A stretch of DNA of 64,000 nucleotides from Felis catus (GCF_018350175.1 NC_058368.1:235354001-235418000); one strand, 5' to 3'; positions 37,749-52,161 are shown, counted from the stretch's first letter. A program made the numbers and translations. The notes: generated from the letters alone by a model not told the origin.

Positions 37749-38525
37749 AAAGTCCTTTCTCAATCCCGGGATTAAATCTTCACCTATGCTTCCTCCAACT
37801 ATATTTAGAAGTGGTTATTTTATACTTAAGTTTGTGTTCCATTCGAAGCCCATTTCTAAAAGAAGATGAGAGTTGGAGATACAACTATTTTTCCCCCAAA
37901 GAATTATCCAGTTTTCTTGGCTTTGTTGAATAATTCATGTTTTTAAGCCATACTGTTCAGATGTGAAGTCTCTGTACAGAAGAGCCTGCTTCTGGACCGT
38001 CTGTTCTCTTCCCTTGATCGACCTGCGGTCTTGGCCCCAGGCCACAAAATGTAAATTGCTAGTGATCACGTGCCATACTTCTTTATCTGGCAGAGCAGGT
38101 CTGATTTTAAATATCACAGCCTTTACTTGCAAATGGGAGAGTGACCATTTGTATCGAATTTACACGAGTAAAAGGGTGTTCTCTCTTTTTCGGTGGACAG
38201 TGGTGTTCCATCATCTTATCAAACCAGCTATTTTCCTATTAAAAAGATATTTTCACTTCTTAGTGAATCCTTTGAGGGCATGGCATTTCCCTCTGTGGAA
38301 TGAAAGGCACTGCCATTGACCTTAAATATTCTTACCAGGTGCCCTTTTCCTCTGCCTGAGTGTCTGGGAATGCTTAGGCCCAGAGTCATAGGGGGGTGTC
38401 CAGAAATTGGCTGAGGGAGGGGGGGAACTGGGCACTTGAGAGGGTGCAGACTCTCATATGCTCATGACACAGCTTGATCAGAGTGCTTGCAGTGAAGAGT
38501 CAGCTGATCTTTATGTATTTGTTTT

Positions 38526-38548
38526 ATTTTTTTTAAATATTTATATAT

Positions 38549-38591
<43 letters not shown>

Positions 38592-38739
38592 ATGAGACGA
38601 GGGTGCAGAGAGAGAAGGGGACAGGATCCAGAGCAGGCTCTGCACTGACAGTACAATGTGGGGCTTGAACGCCCCAACCATGAGATCATGACCTGAGCCG
38701 AGGTTGGACGCTTAGCCAACCGAGCCACCCAGGTGGCCC
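38526..38739 (-). mobile_element. Can-SINE with (GA)n
   Basis: Reverse-strand SINE body ending gagccacccaggtggccc. Confidence 0.9.
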
Positions 38740-39374
38740 TGTTTGTTTTTATTAACTTCTGAACCAATTTTCTCACACTGGGCTCCTCAAGTTCCATGAG
38801 ATTTATCAGAGTAGCTGGAGAAAAGTTCTTTCAGAGTAAAGTTAGAAAATACCCTGTTGTACCATGTCGAACAAGGTTCTCTGCAGCGGGACTTCTCAGG
38901 GCCTTTAATCTGTTCGTATCCTGTGACACTCCAAGAGTGTTATTAGACCCTGGCACCCTTCTCCCAGAAAGGCTGGTTATTACACCCTGGCACCCTTCTC
39001 CTAGAAACAATAGTCAACATCGCAGTCAACACTAGGCTGTCTAAGCTCTGAAGCCTGGGAAAGACTATTTCTCCGATACTATGATTTTTCACACAAAACT
39101 GAAAAAGACAAAATGTCGCCAACAGAGAAAAAGAAAACAGCCGTAATTAATGATCATCATCGACAAGGAGGCGGCGATCCACTCTATCTCTGGTGGCGGT
39201 TTCAGCTTTCCCCAGTGAGTTCTGTACTTTTTCTTGGCGGCCCTCCCTCCTCCCCGGTGCAGAGTGCAGGCGAGGCATTATCATCCCTCTTTGCTGAGAA
39301 GGCTGACTGATGTCCTCCGGCCGTGGGATGCCGGAGCCCGCACGAGCGTTGCGCCCGTGGATTGCACGACAGAT

Positions 39375-39972
39375 TTTGTTAGCTTTCCTTTGCTGTGTCA
39401 AGCGACAGGACTCAATGGCAGAAACCAACAGCCATTTATTAGCTGACAGTCCTCCAGGCCAGAAACACGGCAGAGTGAAGCCGGGTTCTCCGCTCGCTCA
39501 GGGTCTCACACAGTGAAATCAGGGTTGGCCTGGCTTCCTTCCTTTCTGGAGACTCAGGGGAAGATTCGGCTTCCAGCTCATGTGGGTTGTTGGCAGAATT
39601 CATTTCCTCACGGTTGTAGGACTGCGGATTCCGGGTCCTGGGGCCGTGCACGCTCTTTGCCATGTGAACCCTCATCTTCCAAGCCAGCGACAGGGAGTCC
39701 AGGTCTCTTTGTTCAGGAGGAGCTCTGTCCCTTGTATGGGCTCACCTGATTAGGTCAGGCTCACCCAGGATAGTCTCCCTGCCTAGAAGTCAATTTACTT
39801 GCACCTCAATCCCATCTGTAAGATCCAGTCACGGCGGTCCCTTAAGACCCTTACTGGTCCCTGTAAGATTCAGTCACGGCGGTTCGTGTGGATCGAACAT
39901 CTGGGAGACAGTTTGTGTACCGGATGGGGTTGGGGGGAAGTAGTGGGGATCCGGGGCGTTCTGCCAGCCACA
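39375..39972 (-). mobile_element. MLT1E-like MaLR LTR
   Basis: gttggcagaattcatttcctcacggttgtaggactg...gattaggtcaggctcacccaggata. Confidence 0.75.
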
Positions 39973-42371
39973 TTCACCTCTTACTGGGTGGGGCTCCAGG
40001 ATCGGGCTTGCTTTAGAAACTCTGTGTGTTGCTAAGGTGGTCCATGTGTGTTTGGGGACATAAAAAATGAGTCACAAGAGATTTGATCTCAGTTAGAATT
40101 CGTAGAACACACGAGGACACCAGAGAGGCTCCCCAGAAGCTGATGCTGACAACCAGGCCATGTTCTTTCCACGTCTGGCAAAACCGCGTTCCTCGCTGCT
40201 GCCTGTCCGTGTTGTCCTGGGGTTGGAAAGAATCTGTGCAGCGTTCAATGGTTGCCTTTTAGTGACTATTTTAAGAAGATTCTGTTTGAAACTCCACTTG
40301 TTGTCTGTGGCTGAAATAATGCTCCATGTACTGGGGGCAATGACATCCTTAGCCACCGTGGCCCGGCTGTTCTTTACGGGATGTTAACATCATTCACGTT
40401 TTGTTTGTCGTCGATGATCAATGGCTAGAGACTATGGTTCCCAACCCACCCCCCCCCAACTGACCCTTTGTCACATGAATGTCACATCTCCAGCTACCGC
40501 TCACCTCACCATCCGAGTTCCTAATCGCGAGTTTGTAAATGTCACCCTACGTTTTTAGTGAAATCTAGCAGGAAAACACTTAGCCAAACCAGACTCCCTG
40601 GGCCCATTGATCGGTGGGTCACAGGTCCCCGCTTTCAGCCACCATTGCAGGGTGGGTTGAACTGGGGAGATGATAAAGGAACAGCGCCCCCTGCCCCCCG
40701 CCCTCCTGTTTCCCTGCCATACTCCCCCCTGCAGGAACCGTCAGCCTTCCCACCGGCCGGGAAGTGATTTCCTGTTACAACATGAAACAAGCCTCCTCTG
40801 GGGGCTGAGTGGACAGGCCCCACCGCACGGGCCCCCCGCTCCAGGGCCGGTCCCTGCGTCCCCCGCACTGCTATCCCCTCCGAGCTCTGATGTCATGGGG
40901 ACCACGGGCCCAGAGCCTGGGGCCGGGCTCCGTGTCCCAAGCAGGCCACGCTAATATCATTAAGCCGCCTGGTTTTAATTTGCAAGCACTTCCCAGCTGT
41001 CTACTTAGAAGTGTTTAAAGCCAAGTTCTTTCATTCTTTCCACCATTTACTGGTGATCGGAGAAGTTTAATGATTGTCTTGTGAGGCGGGGGTGGGACAC
41101 AGGTCAGAGAGTGATGAGAAAGAAGAATTATAAGCTGGAAGAGAAACGCAAGATAATAAAAGTGTCATTTAAGACACCATACTTGCACAATTACCGCTGT
41201 GTGTCACACTTAGCAGGGAGTCTAAATTTATCTCACTGCTGATAGTCCACTGTGAGAAATAACTGTACAGAAACCTGGGGGGGGGGGGTGTTCCAGAATT
41301 TCTCAACAACTTTATCTAGCAGTTCAGCGTGTGGGCAGGAAAGTGGGGGAGGCCTCGGGGCCTTCCCCGGTGCTCAGCCCGCAGGATCGCGCTGTTCCGG
41401 GCGGAGCTGGCCACCCCCCTTCCCCCCACCAGGGCCCGCGGAGCCCCCCACCTCCGGGGCAGAGAGCACAGAGACGCTGAGGCTCCGCCCCCCGGGCCAG
41501 GCCCTGTCCCCTCTGAGAACAGGGTGGTGGCTCTGAGATCAGTCATTCCGGACGCCTCCCTCCCTTCCACATGCCCACAGAGATGCCTTGTGGGTGTGGC
41601 TGGCGGTCGCCCCGCCCCCGTGTGCCCCACATCTCACCCTTCTCGGTCTGCAGCCCAGACACCTCTCACACCTCACTCGGGACGTGCCCCTGGGTTTCTC
41701 TCATGTTCTCGGAGCTCAGATCCCATGACGGGATGTCCTCCTGGCCCCGTGTCCCTCCGCCTCCCTCCTCCGGCCAGGCCGCTGGAAAGAATCCCGCCCC
41801 AATACCCAGTGTCCCCCTCCACCCAGGTGCCAAGGGAACGGGTTTCAAACCCACATGACGTCATTCTGTGCCCTCGCTCAAGGCCCTCCAACAGCTTCCC
41901 GTTTGGCTTAAAATAAAGTTCAGATATGACAGCGGCCCGCAGCCTGCTTTCTCTGATGCGGCCTCCTCGACCCCCTGGCCTCCAAGAGCCTCCTCGCCTT
42001 TCTGTCCACTGTCCTCGCCACGTCCCTTCCCACCTCGGGGCCCGTTCAGGTCCTGGCCCCTCCCCCTGGAACCCACTCCCGCCAGATGGTCCCATGTGCA
42101 TAGTTCTCTGTGCAGATGTCCCGGTTCCAGAGAGCTTCCCTCCCCCACAGGATGGGGCCCAGTGGGACAGGTGTCCCCAAGGCAAGAGGGCATCTGGCTC
42201 GCACGGGCCAGTCCCACAGACGTTTGGGAAACGAGAAGACAAAGACGTGTAGCTTCCCTGAGATCTCGGAAGATTTAACTATTTAAACTAAGAACCAACA
42301 TGGATTTTCCTCCTAAGTTCAGTTCACTGCAGGGCTAAATACTCTATTCCAAGCAGTATGGCAGCTTCTGG

Positions 42372-42520
42372 AGCTGTGTTGTCCAATCTGGTGGCCACTG
42401 GCCACATGTGGCCATGGAAATAGAAACGTAAACTCCTTGAGGCAAACCACAGTTAACCCAGTTCCTTAGTCACACTGTGCGCATTTAAGAACCCTGCAGT
42501 CACACGTAGCTAGTGGCTGC
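42372..42520. mobile_element. MER3/MER33-like hAT remnant
   Basis: ctgtgttgtccaat...gccactggccacatgtggcca...cacgtagctagtggctgcc. Confidence 0.65.
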
Positions 42521-42521
42521 C

Positions 42522-42905
42522 TGTTAGGGACTAAATACTTGTGTCCCTTCCACCCCCGCCAATTCATGCTGAGGCCCTCACCCCCAGCGGGACGGCCTCT
42601 GGAGGCAGGGCCTTTGGGAGGTGACTAGGGACTAGGGTTAGCTGAAGTCCTGAGGGTGGGGTCCCCGTGATAGGACTGGGGCCCTTACAAGACGAGGGAG
42701 AGACCGGACCCCTCTCGTCCATGCCGTGTGGGGACACAGCCAGGCAGCGGCCATCTGCCAACCGGCAAGTGGGTTCTCAGCAGACGCTAAATCGGATGGC
42801 ACCTTCAAGTTAGACCTCCGGCCTCCAGAACCGTGAAAACACGTCTGTGTGTTGGGCAGCCCAGCCTGTGACGCTGGCTCACGGCAGCCTGAGCCGACGA
42901 CACAT
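42522..42905 (+). mobile_element. MLT1A-like MaLR LTR
   Basis: gggcctttgggaggtg...ggccatctgcca...ggcctccagaaccgtga...gcagcctgagccgac. Confidence 0.78.
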
Positions 42906-45900
42906 CACCCCTCCGGCACCCGCTCCCGCGTCATTGCTGGAAGTCCGAGCGCTCAGAGCTGTGTGCCGCGTGGTAGAAAAGACCCAGTGGCCCTCTCCGG
43001 AGGCGTCCGGAGTCGGCTGCCGAAGGATGGACGGGAGAACGGTGCCCGATGAGTCCCGGCAGACGAGCGCACAGGTGCGGAGCGCTTAGCACGGAGATGC
43101 TGACCTTGAGCCAGGCTTCCAAGGATGAGCGGGAACCACCAGGTGAAGCAGAGCGTGACAGGTGAGCGGCTGACCCTACCCAGGGCCCTGAAAATAAATA
43201 GAAACGCACCCAGGTGTAAAACCCCAAGCTTGGCAAGATTAATACAGGGAGAGCGTTCGCGCAGCATGAGTGCTGGGGGGATGGAGCCACGTTAGTCGGA
43301 GGGGAGGCCGCTTAACTAGTGTCCATGAGATGGAGAAGAGGTGGTGTGGGATTGGGGGAGGAAACGTATCATCACGGGGACAAAAGGCTCTTCGGCAAGA
43401 CCCTGAGGGCCACTTGGAGCCCACGCCTCCTGCAGACCAAGCACCTTGCGGTGAGCGGCCGATGGCACCTGTAGGTCGGGCTCCATCCACACAGGCGGGT
43501 CCCCGAGGTGGTGCTGGCATCGCCCCCCCCCCCCCCACTGGAGACAAGTAATTCAGCCTTCTCTCCGCTCACCCGATGTCACTTTCTTGCCAGGGTAACT
43601 GATTACAAGCTCGCCTGATATCCGGGAGCCTCAAGTACTCATCTGCCTTCCCGCTGTGACTTTGCCTCCTGGTGGCCAAGTTCGGGCAAAGTGTGCACAA
43701 GCATCGGTCTTCCTTTGTCCCCGGCGCCTGGCGGGATGCCCCCGCCCAGGGAGCAGGCACCTGACTGCCTCTGAAACCTGTGAGTGGTAAGTGGACCCCA
43801 GCCTTGCTGCTTCTGTGCCGGTTCTCAGCTGGGGGCTGGCCTTGCTCTGGTCGCCCTGAACCCCCTCCACCGGGACGGCGGGGAGCAGGGAGACGAGACT
43901 GGGGACTTCGGGTTTTCTGAGAAGCTCCAGAGGGAGCCGGTGGTAACTGAACACGCAGCTCCAGGGACCTGGGTGAGGAGTCGGCCAAGGAGGGAAGGGG
44001 GCGGCGATCTGAACGTGTCTCTTGGGGTTGGTTGGCGGGAGGGGAAGGGGACCCGGCACACGGGCCACTGGCTCTGTAGCTGCTCACCCAGAGAGCAAGC
44101 TCTCCATCCACCTTCCCGACATGTCTGTGCCGCTCGCGGGAAAGAGGACGGCGCCTGCAATACGTTCAACAGATAAGAACGCTTTTCCCTGCCTGCCTGG
44201 TCCACGCGGGCCGTTTCTCACGGTTTCTGGAGGCTGTGATTGCCGCCACTAGACGCCGAGTTCGAGAGGATACAGCCAGCTGAGCCTCGTGGTGAGTAAA
44301 TGCTGGCGGCCACACTAACTTTAAATTGATATGAATGTCACGGTTGCTTTTTATAGTCTTCCTGAAGGCTTTAGCAACAATAGACCAAGGCAAGCCGCAC
44401 GGTACCTGAACCCGAATCGAGCCCGCATTTTTCTGCTGTGTATTTAATTTGGTTTTGGCACAGAATCTCTGTTTTTCTTGGGTTTTACATCATTTATGAG
44501 GTTGCATGGATACACTCTAACAAAACATCATCTATAATCAAACGAGGCTCACAGAAGAAAGAAATGTATGCCAATTCCGACTAATCTTAGCCTTTATGGG
44601 AATAGTGATTTGCTCGGAATGATTAGCCAAACATCTGTGTCAACACTTTCTGAGCTGGAGAGAGAGATGTTCGTCGCCACATTTACGATATTTCTAGTTC
44701 CACAGAGGGGAAATGCTCATCGCAAACAAATGTCTCAGCTAAGCTCTTCCGAGTATAATCGACTCTCCTAATTAATTGCAATAATTAAAGGCACAGATAC
44801 TTGCAAGGATTGCATGTGTGTGGATTGCATGTGGTTTCAAACTAAACTTTCTAATAAAGTGACCTCCCGTCATCCCCTGGAGTCATTTTAGGAAGAAAGT
44901 CATTTTCTTTTCCCCATTACACAGAGGCATATGGTCTCACCTACCCCTCTAATCCAGGCATCACTCAGCATTTTCTGGGTTGAAACGGAAGAGGCATATA
45001 GGCTTGTCAAGGATGGTTTATGTGATTAAGGACAAAAAAGAATGTCAATAGTTGAATCCATTGTCAAACATCTCCTCCAAGAGACAACATCTGCACCCAG
45101 TTGTCCACACAGAGGGCAGTCCTCAGTGTTTGTGGCGGAGAACGTATTTCTCCCGGTGACCACAGACACACAGCGGCCAGACGAAGCCGCCCCCGAGAGC
45201 ACGTTATCTGCTGCTTTGGGGGGCTAGGGAGGATGGTGTGGGCCACACCGTGGGCAAGGAACGTCTTCTGTCCTGTGCTAAAGCTTCCCCTCCAGGGACA
45301 GGTTGCGCCCTGCTGATGATCTCTCCTGTTCCTTCGTGACATCCGTTTATGTCATCCCTCTGCAGGGCAGACATCGCAGGAAGGAACGCGGTAATGAAAC
45401 AAGATCTGCACACATGTGGCAGCCGGACCAGCCTCTCAGTCTAGGAAGAGTCATAGTTGTAGCTGATGAAAAACCAGGAGAGCAGAACGGCGTTCCTAGC
45501 CCGGGGCAAGGCTGATGCGTCTCTGTTTCCCTGCACTGGAGAACTCTGTGTCTCTGGGGCATTTCTATCCCGTTGGAATCATCCGAAAGTGCCCATTGAT
45601 GTGGGGGTGAGCAGTGTCTCTGTTTAATCAGCTGTGTCTTCTGTGGGCACCCGAGGCTTTCTCAAGGCCTCAGAGGAGGCCAGCGTGAAACCTTTGAGTC
45701 ACGGGATCAACTCTCTAAACCTAGAGACAAATTCCTTGAGTTTAATAAAATGAGGTTTTAAATAAAATGAGGTGTTTTTTTTTTCCTTCCTTAAATGTCT
45801 GTCCCTATTGAATTTGGCTCCTTCTTAAGCCCTTGTAGTATGGAGGGGCGAGTGATGGAAATAGAACAGTCTGAGATATTTCAGTCTCTAATTGCGGTGG

Positions 45901-48900
45901 ATTCTTTGAATTAATCACGTCAGTTGGATGGAATCCAATTTCAGGTTTGATCTCACTCTGAACAAGCAGTATTATCTTTTTGTCTCCCGAAGCCTGCCTT
46001 TTTGTTTCATAGAGTTGACCTGGGAGGCAAGTTACCATGCAGCACGACTGGGAAAATCGGCCCAAACATACCTACGTGAACTTGGTAAGGGTTGCAAGTG
46101 TCTTTCCAGAGTGCTCTGGCTTACTCGAGAAAATTCTGGCTGTGGACCAAAGTCATCGTATTTCCAGGTGGGTTTGCAATCAGCTACCTCACCATCATAG
46201 GGCTTTAGTCTGGCCTTCTGCGTTTTCCCCACTTGGGGTCATTACAAACCCTTACGTTGTTATGGTTGTTGAAAATTTGACCGGGAAAACCATCGGCCAA
46301 CCTTCACCACGGAGCCGAAAGCTGACAGAAGAGAAGTTTGGGTTTTATTTCACTTCGAAGATGGCCATTCGGGAGGCCAGGAGACGGTGTTTCAAGGTTG
46401 AGTAAACCCAACCTCCGGTCCGATGGCCATCCAGAACATGGAGGGCGCCCCTGAGCCCTGCACCCCTGCCTCGGAATTCACGTGCTGAGCAGGACCTCGT
46501 TCAATACGTCTTCATGGAAGCAGATTTATGTGTCAGCACCAAATCGGCAAGGGGCAAAACCGTAGCTGGAGAGAATGTTCAGGTGCTCAAATGAATGTCA
46601 CTGGGATGGAAGTCTTTCCTGTTTTTCCAGCAAGTTTATCGTCATCACCCAGATCTGCCGAACTCCTCCCCTCAGGCGTATGTGTGACTTCACTGGATGG
46701 TAGCTGGGTCTCTTCATAGGATGACAGCCTCCCTAGGGGATGTGTTTAAGGACAGGAATGATTGTTGAGTTGTGCCATGATCCAAATCCACCCATCCCGC
46801 CCCCCTCCCCAATCCCTTCCTTGATCTCTCAGAAGATCGGGACCTCAGGTACCCGCATCCCTCTGTCCATTTAGAGTACTACTACTTCCGAATTCCTTGG
46901 TTTAGAAAATACCATTTATTGCCAACAGATTTGATCAGTGACCTTCTTATTGTTCCAGTCTTCAGAAAGCTGAACAGCTCACTTCGGCACCTTCTTTGTG
47001 AAACGAGTTGCTTTTGAGTCAAATCTAAGCCAGGCCCCCACCTCCCGACATGCTGCTCACCTCTACGGGAACCCCGGAGGAAGCCCCGGGGCAGGGGAAG
47101 ACGAGACCACACATCCAGCCAACGTCACCGTGGGTCTTCTGTGTCCCACCCACCAACACTACGGATGCGGTACTGGCACACAGATAAAGGGGGAAGGCCT
47201 CGTACTACTTATTGAACTTACTCATTCACGTAAAAGATTCCAATTTTACAAGAGTTGGTTTCCAGGCTTTGGACTAAATTTTGGACGTTTTGAACCGGTT
47301 AATTGGAGCCATTCAGAAATGATCATAATTGGCTCCATTTCCTCCCCAAATGTCCCCTTTTCATCGATCCAGTTACATGTATTGTTAGAACGATTGACCG
47401 ACCAGCTACTGAATGTACGTGTGCTCTCTTTCTAGTTCAAGTATTTTGTTCTGAGATAAGGAAATCGGTGAAAAAAACGAATCTTTGAAGCTTGTTGTCC
47501 AAAGGTTTCTGTTCTTTCTTTTTCTTGGGATACCACTCTGAATTTTTGACTCAAAGGGACAGGCCAAACCTGTTTTCAGTAATACCTTAATGATTTTGTG
47601 AGTGTCCAAAAATAACTGGAAAAGATCAGTAAAAGCGATCGAAGGGTTGAAGAGGCTCCTTTGCCATCAGTTGTGGTTTGTTCTGGAAATGCGTGCGGGG
47701 GAGAGGAGGCTGTCGGGAGGCTGGGGAAGGGTGGGGAGGAGAGAACACCGGGCCCCCAACAATTGCACGATGACGGAGGGAGCGACCACTGGAACAACTG
47801 AGAAGTGTTCTGTGTTCTTGGACTGTACCCACAGGGCTGGGGCTGGAGCAGGGCAGGTCCCTCTTTTCTGAGGGGGGATGTGGGGGCTGACAGCAGGGGT
47901 AAGAGAAGAATCAGGGGAAGGGAGTTGAGGGGAGCATCCCAGCCTGGGAGACAGCATTTGTGTTTGGATCCATTTTGCCTTGGACCCAATGACCATAACC
48001 CTCCATCTAGGAAATGACTGGGACCCACCCAGCTCCTTAAGCCCCACACGCCACCACCCTGTAAACACGCTACGATGATGCCCTGGGCCAGGTTAATTCC
48101 ACATACTCCCTAATCTCCCCATGTGATGCGGCTGTCCCTCATTATCTCCAGGGTCCCCCCCCACCCCCATCGCCCACTGTCACACCCCACGCTCACCATG
48201 TGCTATACGCAGCACGAGCCCTGCCACCCTGCCATCTGTCCGCACCTCTATTTTCTCGTGTTGGGTTTCGATGCCTTCCCCGCTGTTGTGTCTCCTGCAT
48301 CTACCACAGAGTTTAGCGTAGAGTAGGTGTTCAGCAAATGTCAACTAAATGAGTGGAAGAAATGCACACCAGACTGCCTACTCATTAAGTTTCAGGTGAT
48401 AGAGCAGAGATGTGAGCTTGTCCCCAGAAGGGGGGAAAACCCTTATCAAGATGAGGACACCACATTGCACTAATCCCTTCTTTAAAACAACCAAGTACTT
48501 TTCATTTTATTAGTCACTTTCCCGGAAGTGAAGTATAACTCACTTCCTTTGGACAAAAGCAGTCCGTCCCCTTCACTGTGGTTTCTCTCTTCCCCCTGGG
48601 CACAGGGGCTCGCCATCTGCTCACATAGCCTTTCCCTGGAATCATAAAGTATATTTCTCTCTCGCGCTCTCTGTCTGACCTAGCCATTTCCCTCCCCGTC
48701 CTGTATCCACAAACACGGGCATACCTTTCCACTCCGTTCCGGCTCCCTCTCATACTCCCCATTGCAGCTGGACGGGGCCAGCTCATAGTTTGGGAGATTA
48801 GGTCACTGTGGCTTGTCTACACAGCTGTGTTTCTGGCAGGGCCCCGGAACCGCTAATTCTGTCCCTCACGGTGGAGCCGATGGTTTAGTCTTAGGCATGC

Positions 48901-50329
48901 CCATGCTCCTGGAAACATGACACACTCATAATAAAGTCAAAACACGAGTCCCCTAGCCCCGGAGCCCAGCTTCACTTCCAAACGTCTCCCTGCAGCTTCC
49001 CTAACCTTGGTGGGAGCTCTGGACTCATGGAGACCCTCCCAGCTGATGGCGGAGTGGCTGCTGTTAGGACCACCACGGCTGCTGATCATGAGGTCTGAGC
49101 ACGTGGGCTGTGCGTGGTGGGTGGTCCCTGGGTTGACAGGGGCAGTGGCTGCCATTCCGTGTAGAGGGGACCGGCATGCTGGCCTCACCCTGGCCACTCC
49201 TTGCGATGGTCCTGGACACACCTAATCTGGAATTTGACGGGTGAGACGGGACCCGTAGATTGGGTCCAAACCAGAAGGAAGCCAAAGGCATGCTGGTAGG
49301 GAGTCGGGAATTAAGTAATACGGAGAGAAAGGGGCTAGCCCACGCCTGGACTCTCCGTCCATCTGTGGCCACCAACAGTCATGGTTGGCCAAGGTCTATG
49401 TGAAGGCAACGCTATAAATCATCAAAACAATGACTCGGCCAAACACAGACCACACAGCCACGGGGTGCCAGAGGAGGAAGTGCCTTTCAGGCTAGTTGAT
49501 GATCCGCAAGGTCAGGCCAGTTGCCCGAGTCACCAAATTCCCTCCCACCCGGTGACCTCTCCACCATGCATTGAAACGCCACCGCCGCGCGGGCAGGGGC
49601 ACGCAACACTAGGAAGCGATGCCCGCCGCTACTCTGATACCTGGCTGCCATGACCCACGAGCTGTCAGGGACGCCATACGGTTTTGTAGCTGTCGGAAAC
49701 TTCACATTCCAGCATCGCGTACAAGAGAGACGCTAACTCCTCTGCAGCACCCGAGAAGAGTGAGCGGGAATCCAAGCAACCATCTTCGTGCACGCCCGAT
49801 GCTCCCTCAGCTCCTCCTCCTGGGCCACCACTCGCCAGCTCAGAGGCTGTCCTGTGGTTTTACGAGGCTGTCTCCAGGGCCTCTCGACGGATCCAGCGAG
49901 GGACACCCAGTCCTCGCCGGGAAACGCTGAGCCTCTTCCCCAGGGCTTTGAATGGAAATTCCTCAGGGGCGGAAGCCGAACAACGTAAGCCAACGACACC
50001 CTGGGCACCAGGTCCCCTGCTATTTAGAGGGAGGGCTCTGGGCTCACGGTGGCCCACCGAGAGGAGCTGAGGTCCTGACGCTGAGAAAGCCTGAGCCTAC
50101 ATCCAGCGGTCAGCAGCCGCTGGGGTTCAGAAACGCTGCTCACGGCCAGGGCTTGGCCGTCTACCCCCTTCCTTGGATTCTGCCAACCCGATTAACTGAC
50201 GCTTTCCTCGTGCTCATTCACCTCAGGTTTTCTATTTCTTGCCACCAAAGGGGTCCTATCGGACTAGTGGCTTTCCATCCTAGAGCCTAATTCCTTAGGA
50301 AAGAAAACTCTGTACACAGCATTGAAGTA

Positions 50330-51690
50330 TACTATACAGATATCAAACACTTTATTTTGGGCATAAAAATGGCAGATCCTGGATTGCGGTGGAGAAAGTA
50401 GATGATCAAGGAACGTCTTATTGTGTCAGAAAGTAAGGAAATACTACACAGAGAGGGAGAGGGAGAGAGAGGGAGAGGGAGAGAGAGAGAGATGGGGGCT
50501 TGTCACAAGGACACAGGAGCCACCAGAAGGAGCTCCCACTGGCCAAATCCGGGAGTATTTGCATTCCAATGTATTCAAGGATGACAATGAATTATTGCAA
50601 AATATCCAGGAGTCCATGCAATAAATAAATAGATACACAAGCTAACAGGGGGAGAAGGGACGGCTGTCGCTTGTGGTAGTATTAGAATAGTATTGTAGTG
50701 GCATTGTGGCGGTATTTTAGTGGTGTTGCAGTGGTGTTGACGAGTCAGGCCGATAAATAAATGCGGCAGGTGCGCTGGGTAGAATGTGGCCGAACAGTGT
50801 CCTTCCGGCAGGAATCATCAATGACTGCTCGGTCTTTTCGGGGGCGGGGCCGGATTTTGAGGAGGAGCAGGATATTGTCAAATCTTAAAGGGCCTCTCCC
50901 CAGATTTCTTTTTTTTTTTTAATTTTTTTTAACGTTTATTTCTTTTTGAGACAGAGAGAGACAGAGCATGAACGGGGGAGAGGCAGAGAGAGAGGGAGAC
51001 ACAGAATCAGAAGCAGGCTCCGGGCTCCGAGCCGTCAGCCCAGAGCCCGACGCGGGGCTCGAACTCACGGACCGCGAGATCGTGGCCTGAGTCGAAGTCG
51101 GACGCTTAACCGACGGAGCCACCCAGGCGCCCCTCCACAGATTTCTTATTAGAGGCAAGGGTAGAGCAGAGAAATCAGACCACGGGGAGGCTGGGAGTTT
51201 AGTGCAAAGCACAGCTTGCATAGTGCACATGACACAGTGCAGAGACCAGACCCACGCGAGCAAATGCTTGCTGAGAACATGCTCTGAGAAAGCGAGAAGG
51301 GCCGGGTTCTGAAACGTTTTGGGGGAAAGGAGATTGAAGTGTGCGACAGCTGAGTGCAGAAAGTGACCCTAGACGGCGCTAGTCCCAGCGGGGAAGTGTC
51401 CTAAAGGACATCTTTGCGCCCGTGGCCGCACATGGAGTATAGATGGTGGGCCAGATCAGAGGGTTGTGTCAATGCGAGACTCACCGTAGGTGTCGACTGG
51501 ACGGTGGCTAGGTCAGGACATATCCTCCGTCTGGGGGTAAAGAGACGTGACGTATGCAGGCTATTCTCAAAGGGTTCAGAAAATAGTCTATACAGAGAGA
51601 CACAATGAAGAAGCCGACGGGTCAAAAGGAAACAGTAGTTGATTCTCAATACAGGCTACACAGGTGTTCTTGTTCTGTTTTACAACTTTC
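50330..51690 (+). mobile_element. L1MC4-like 3' region with internal SINE
   Basis: gtcacaaggacacaggagcc...gagctcccactggccaaatc and caaagggttcagaaaa resemble the L1MC4 3' UTR. Confidence 0.62.
50911..51133 (-). mobile_element. Young felid Can-SINE
   Basis: CpG-rich near-consensus body. TSD TCC(C/A)CAGATTTCTT. Confidence 0.95.
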
Positions 51691-52141
51691 TCCCTAATTT
51701 TCTAACCCTTTATTTTGCCATAACGTGTTAAAAACAACAGGGAAAGCAGTGCGATGTATTCCTGGAAACCCAGCCCCGCCGGGGGTCACTCGCACTCGGG
51801 GGCATCCTTGGCTCGGGCTTTCTGCTGTTTGAACTCGGTAATGGTGCAGCAGGTGGGGCGTGAGGCCGCTCGCTTTTCCGCCTCGTGTTTGGTGACTTTC
51901 TCCTTTCTAGGATGTTGGCTTCAATTAACCTCCAGGTAGCAGAGGGCGGAAAAACCCCAGCTGTGTGCCAACAATGAGACTTGGCTTTCCTGCGGCCTCA
52001 GAAAAACTGTAAATAAATCAAAACGCAGGGGATGTCATTTGATCTGGAAAAGGGTTAGCTAAATACTCCAGGATGTTGGAAACAAAAGATGTTTTAAATA
52101 CCACAGGGCGTCCAAGCGTAATTTAGAGGGTGTCGTTCTGC

Positions 52142-52161
52142 CCAATATTGGCTGACGTCAG
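52142..52161. promoter_or_regulatory. Adjacent CArG box (CCAATATTGG) and CRE (CTGACGTCAG), with overlapping NF-Y ATTGGCTG
   Basis: Two abutting perfect 10-bp palindromes that match the SRF and CREB/ATF consensus. Function untested. Confidence 0.4.

Noticed and set aside
38941..39885. Short direct repeats (38941-39007; 39817-39886) resembling repeat-spacer units
   Set aside because: Only two copies each. These are local slippage duplications in a eukaryotic genome, not a CRISPR-like array.
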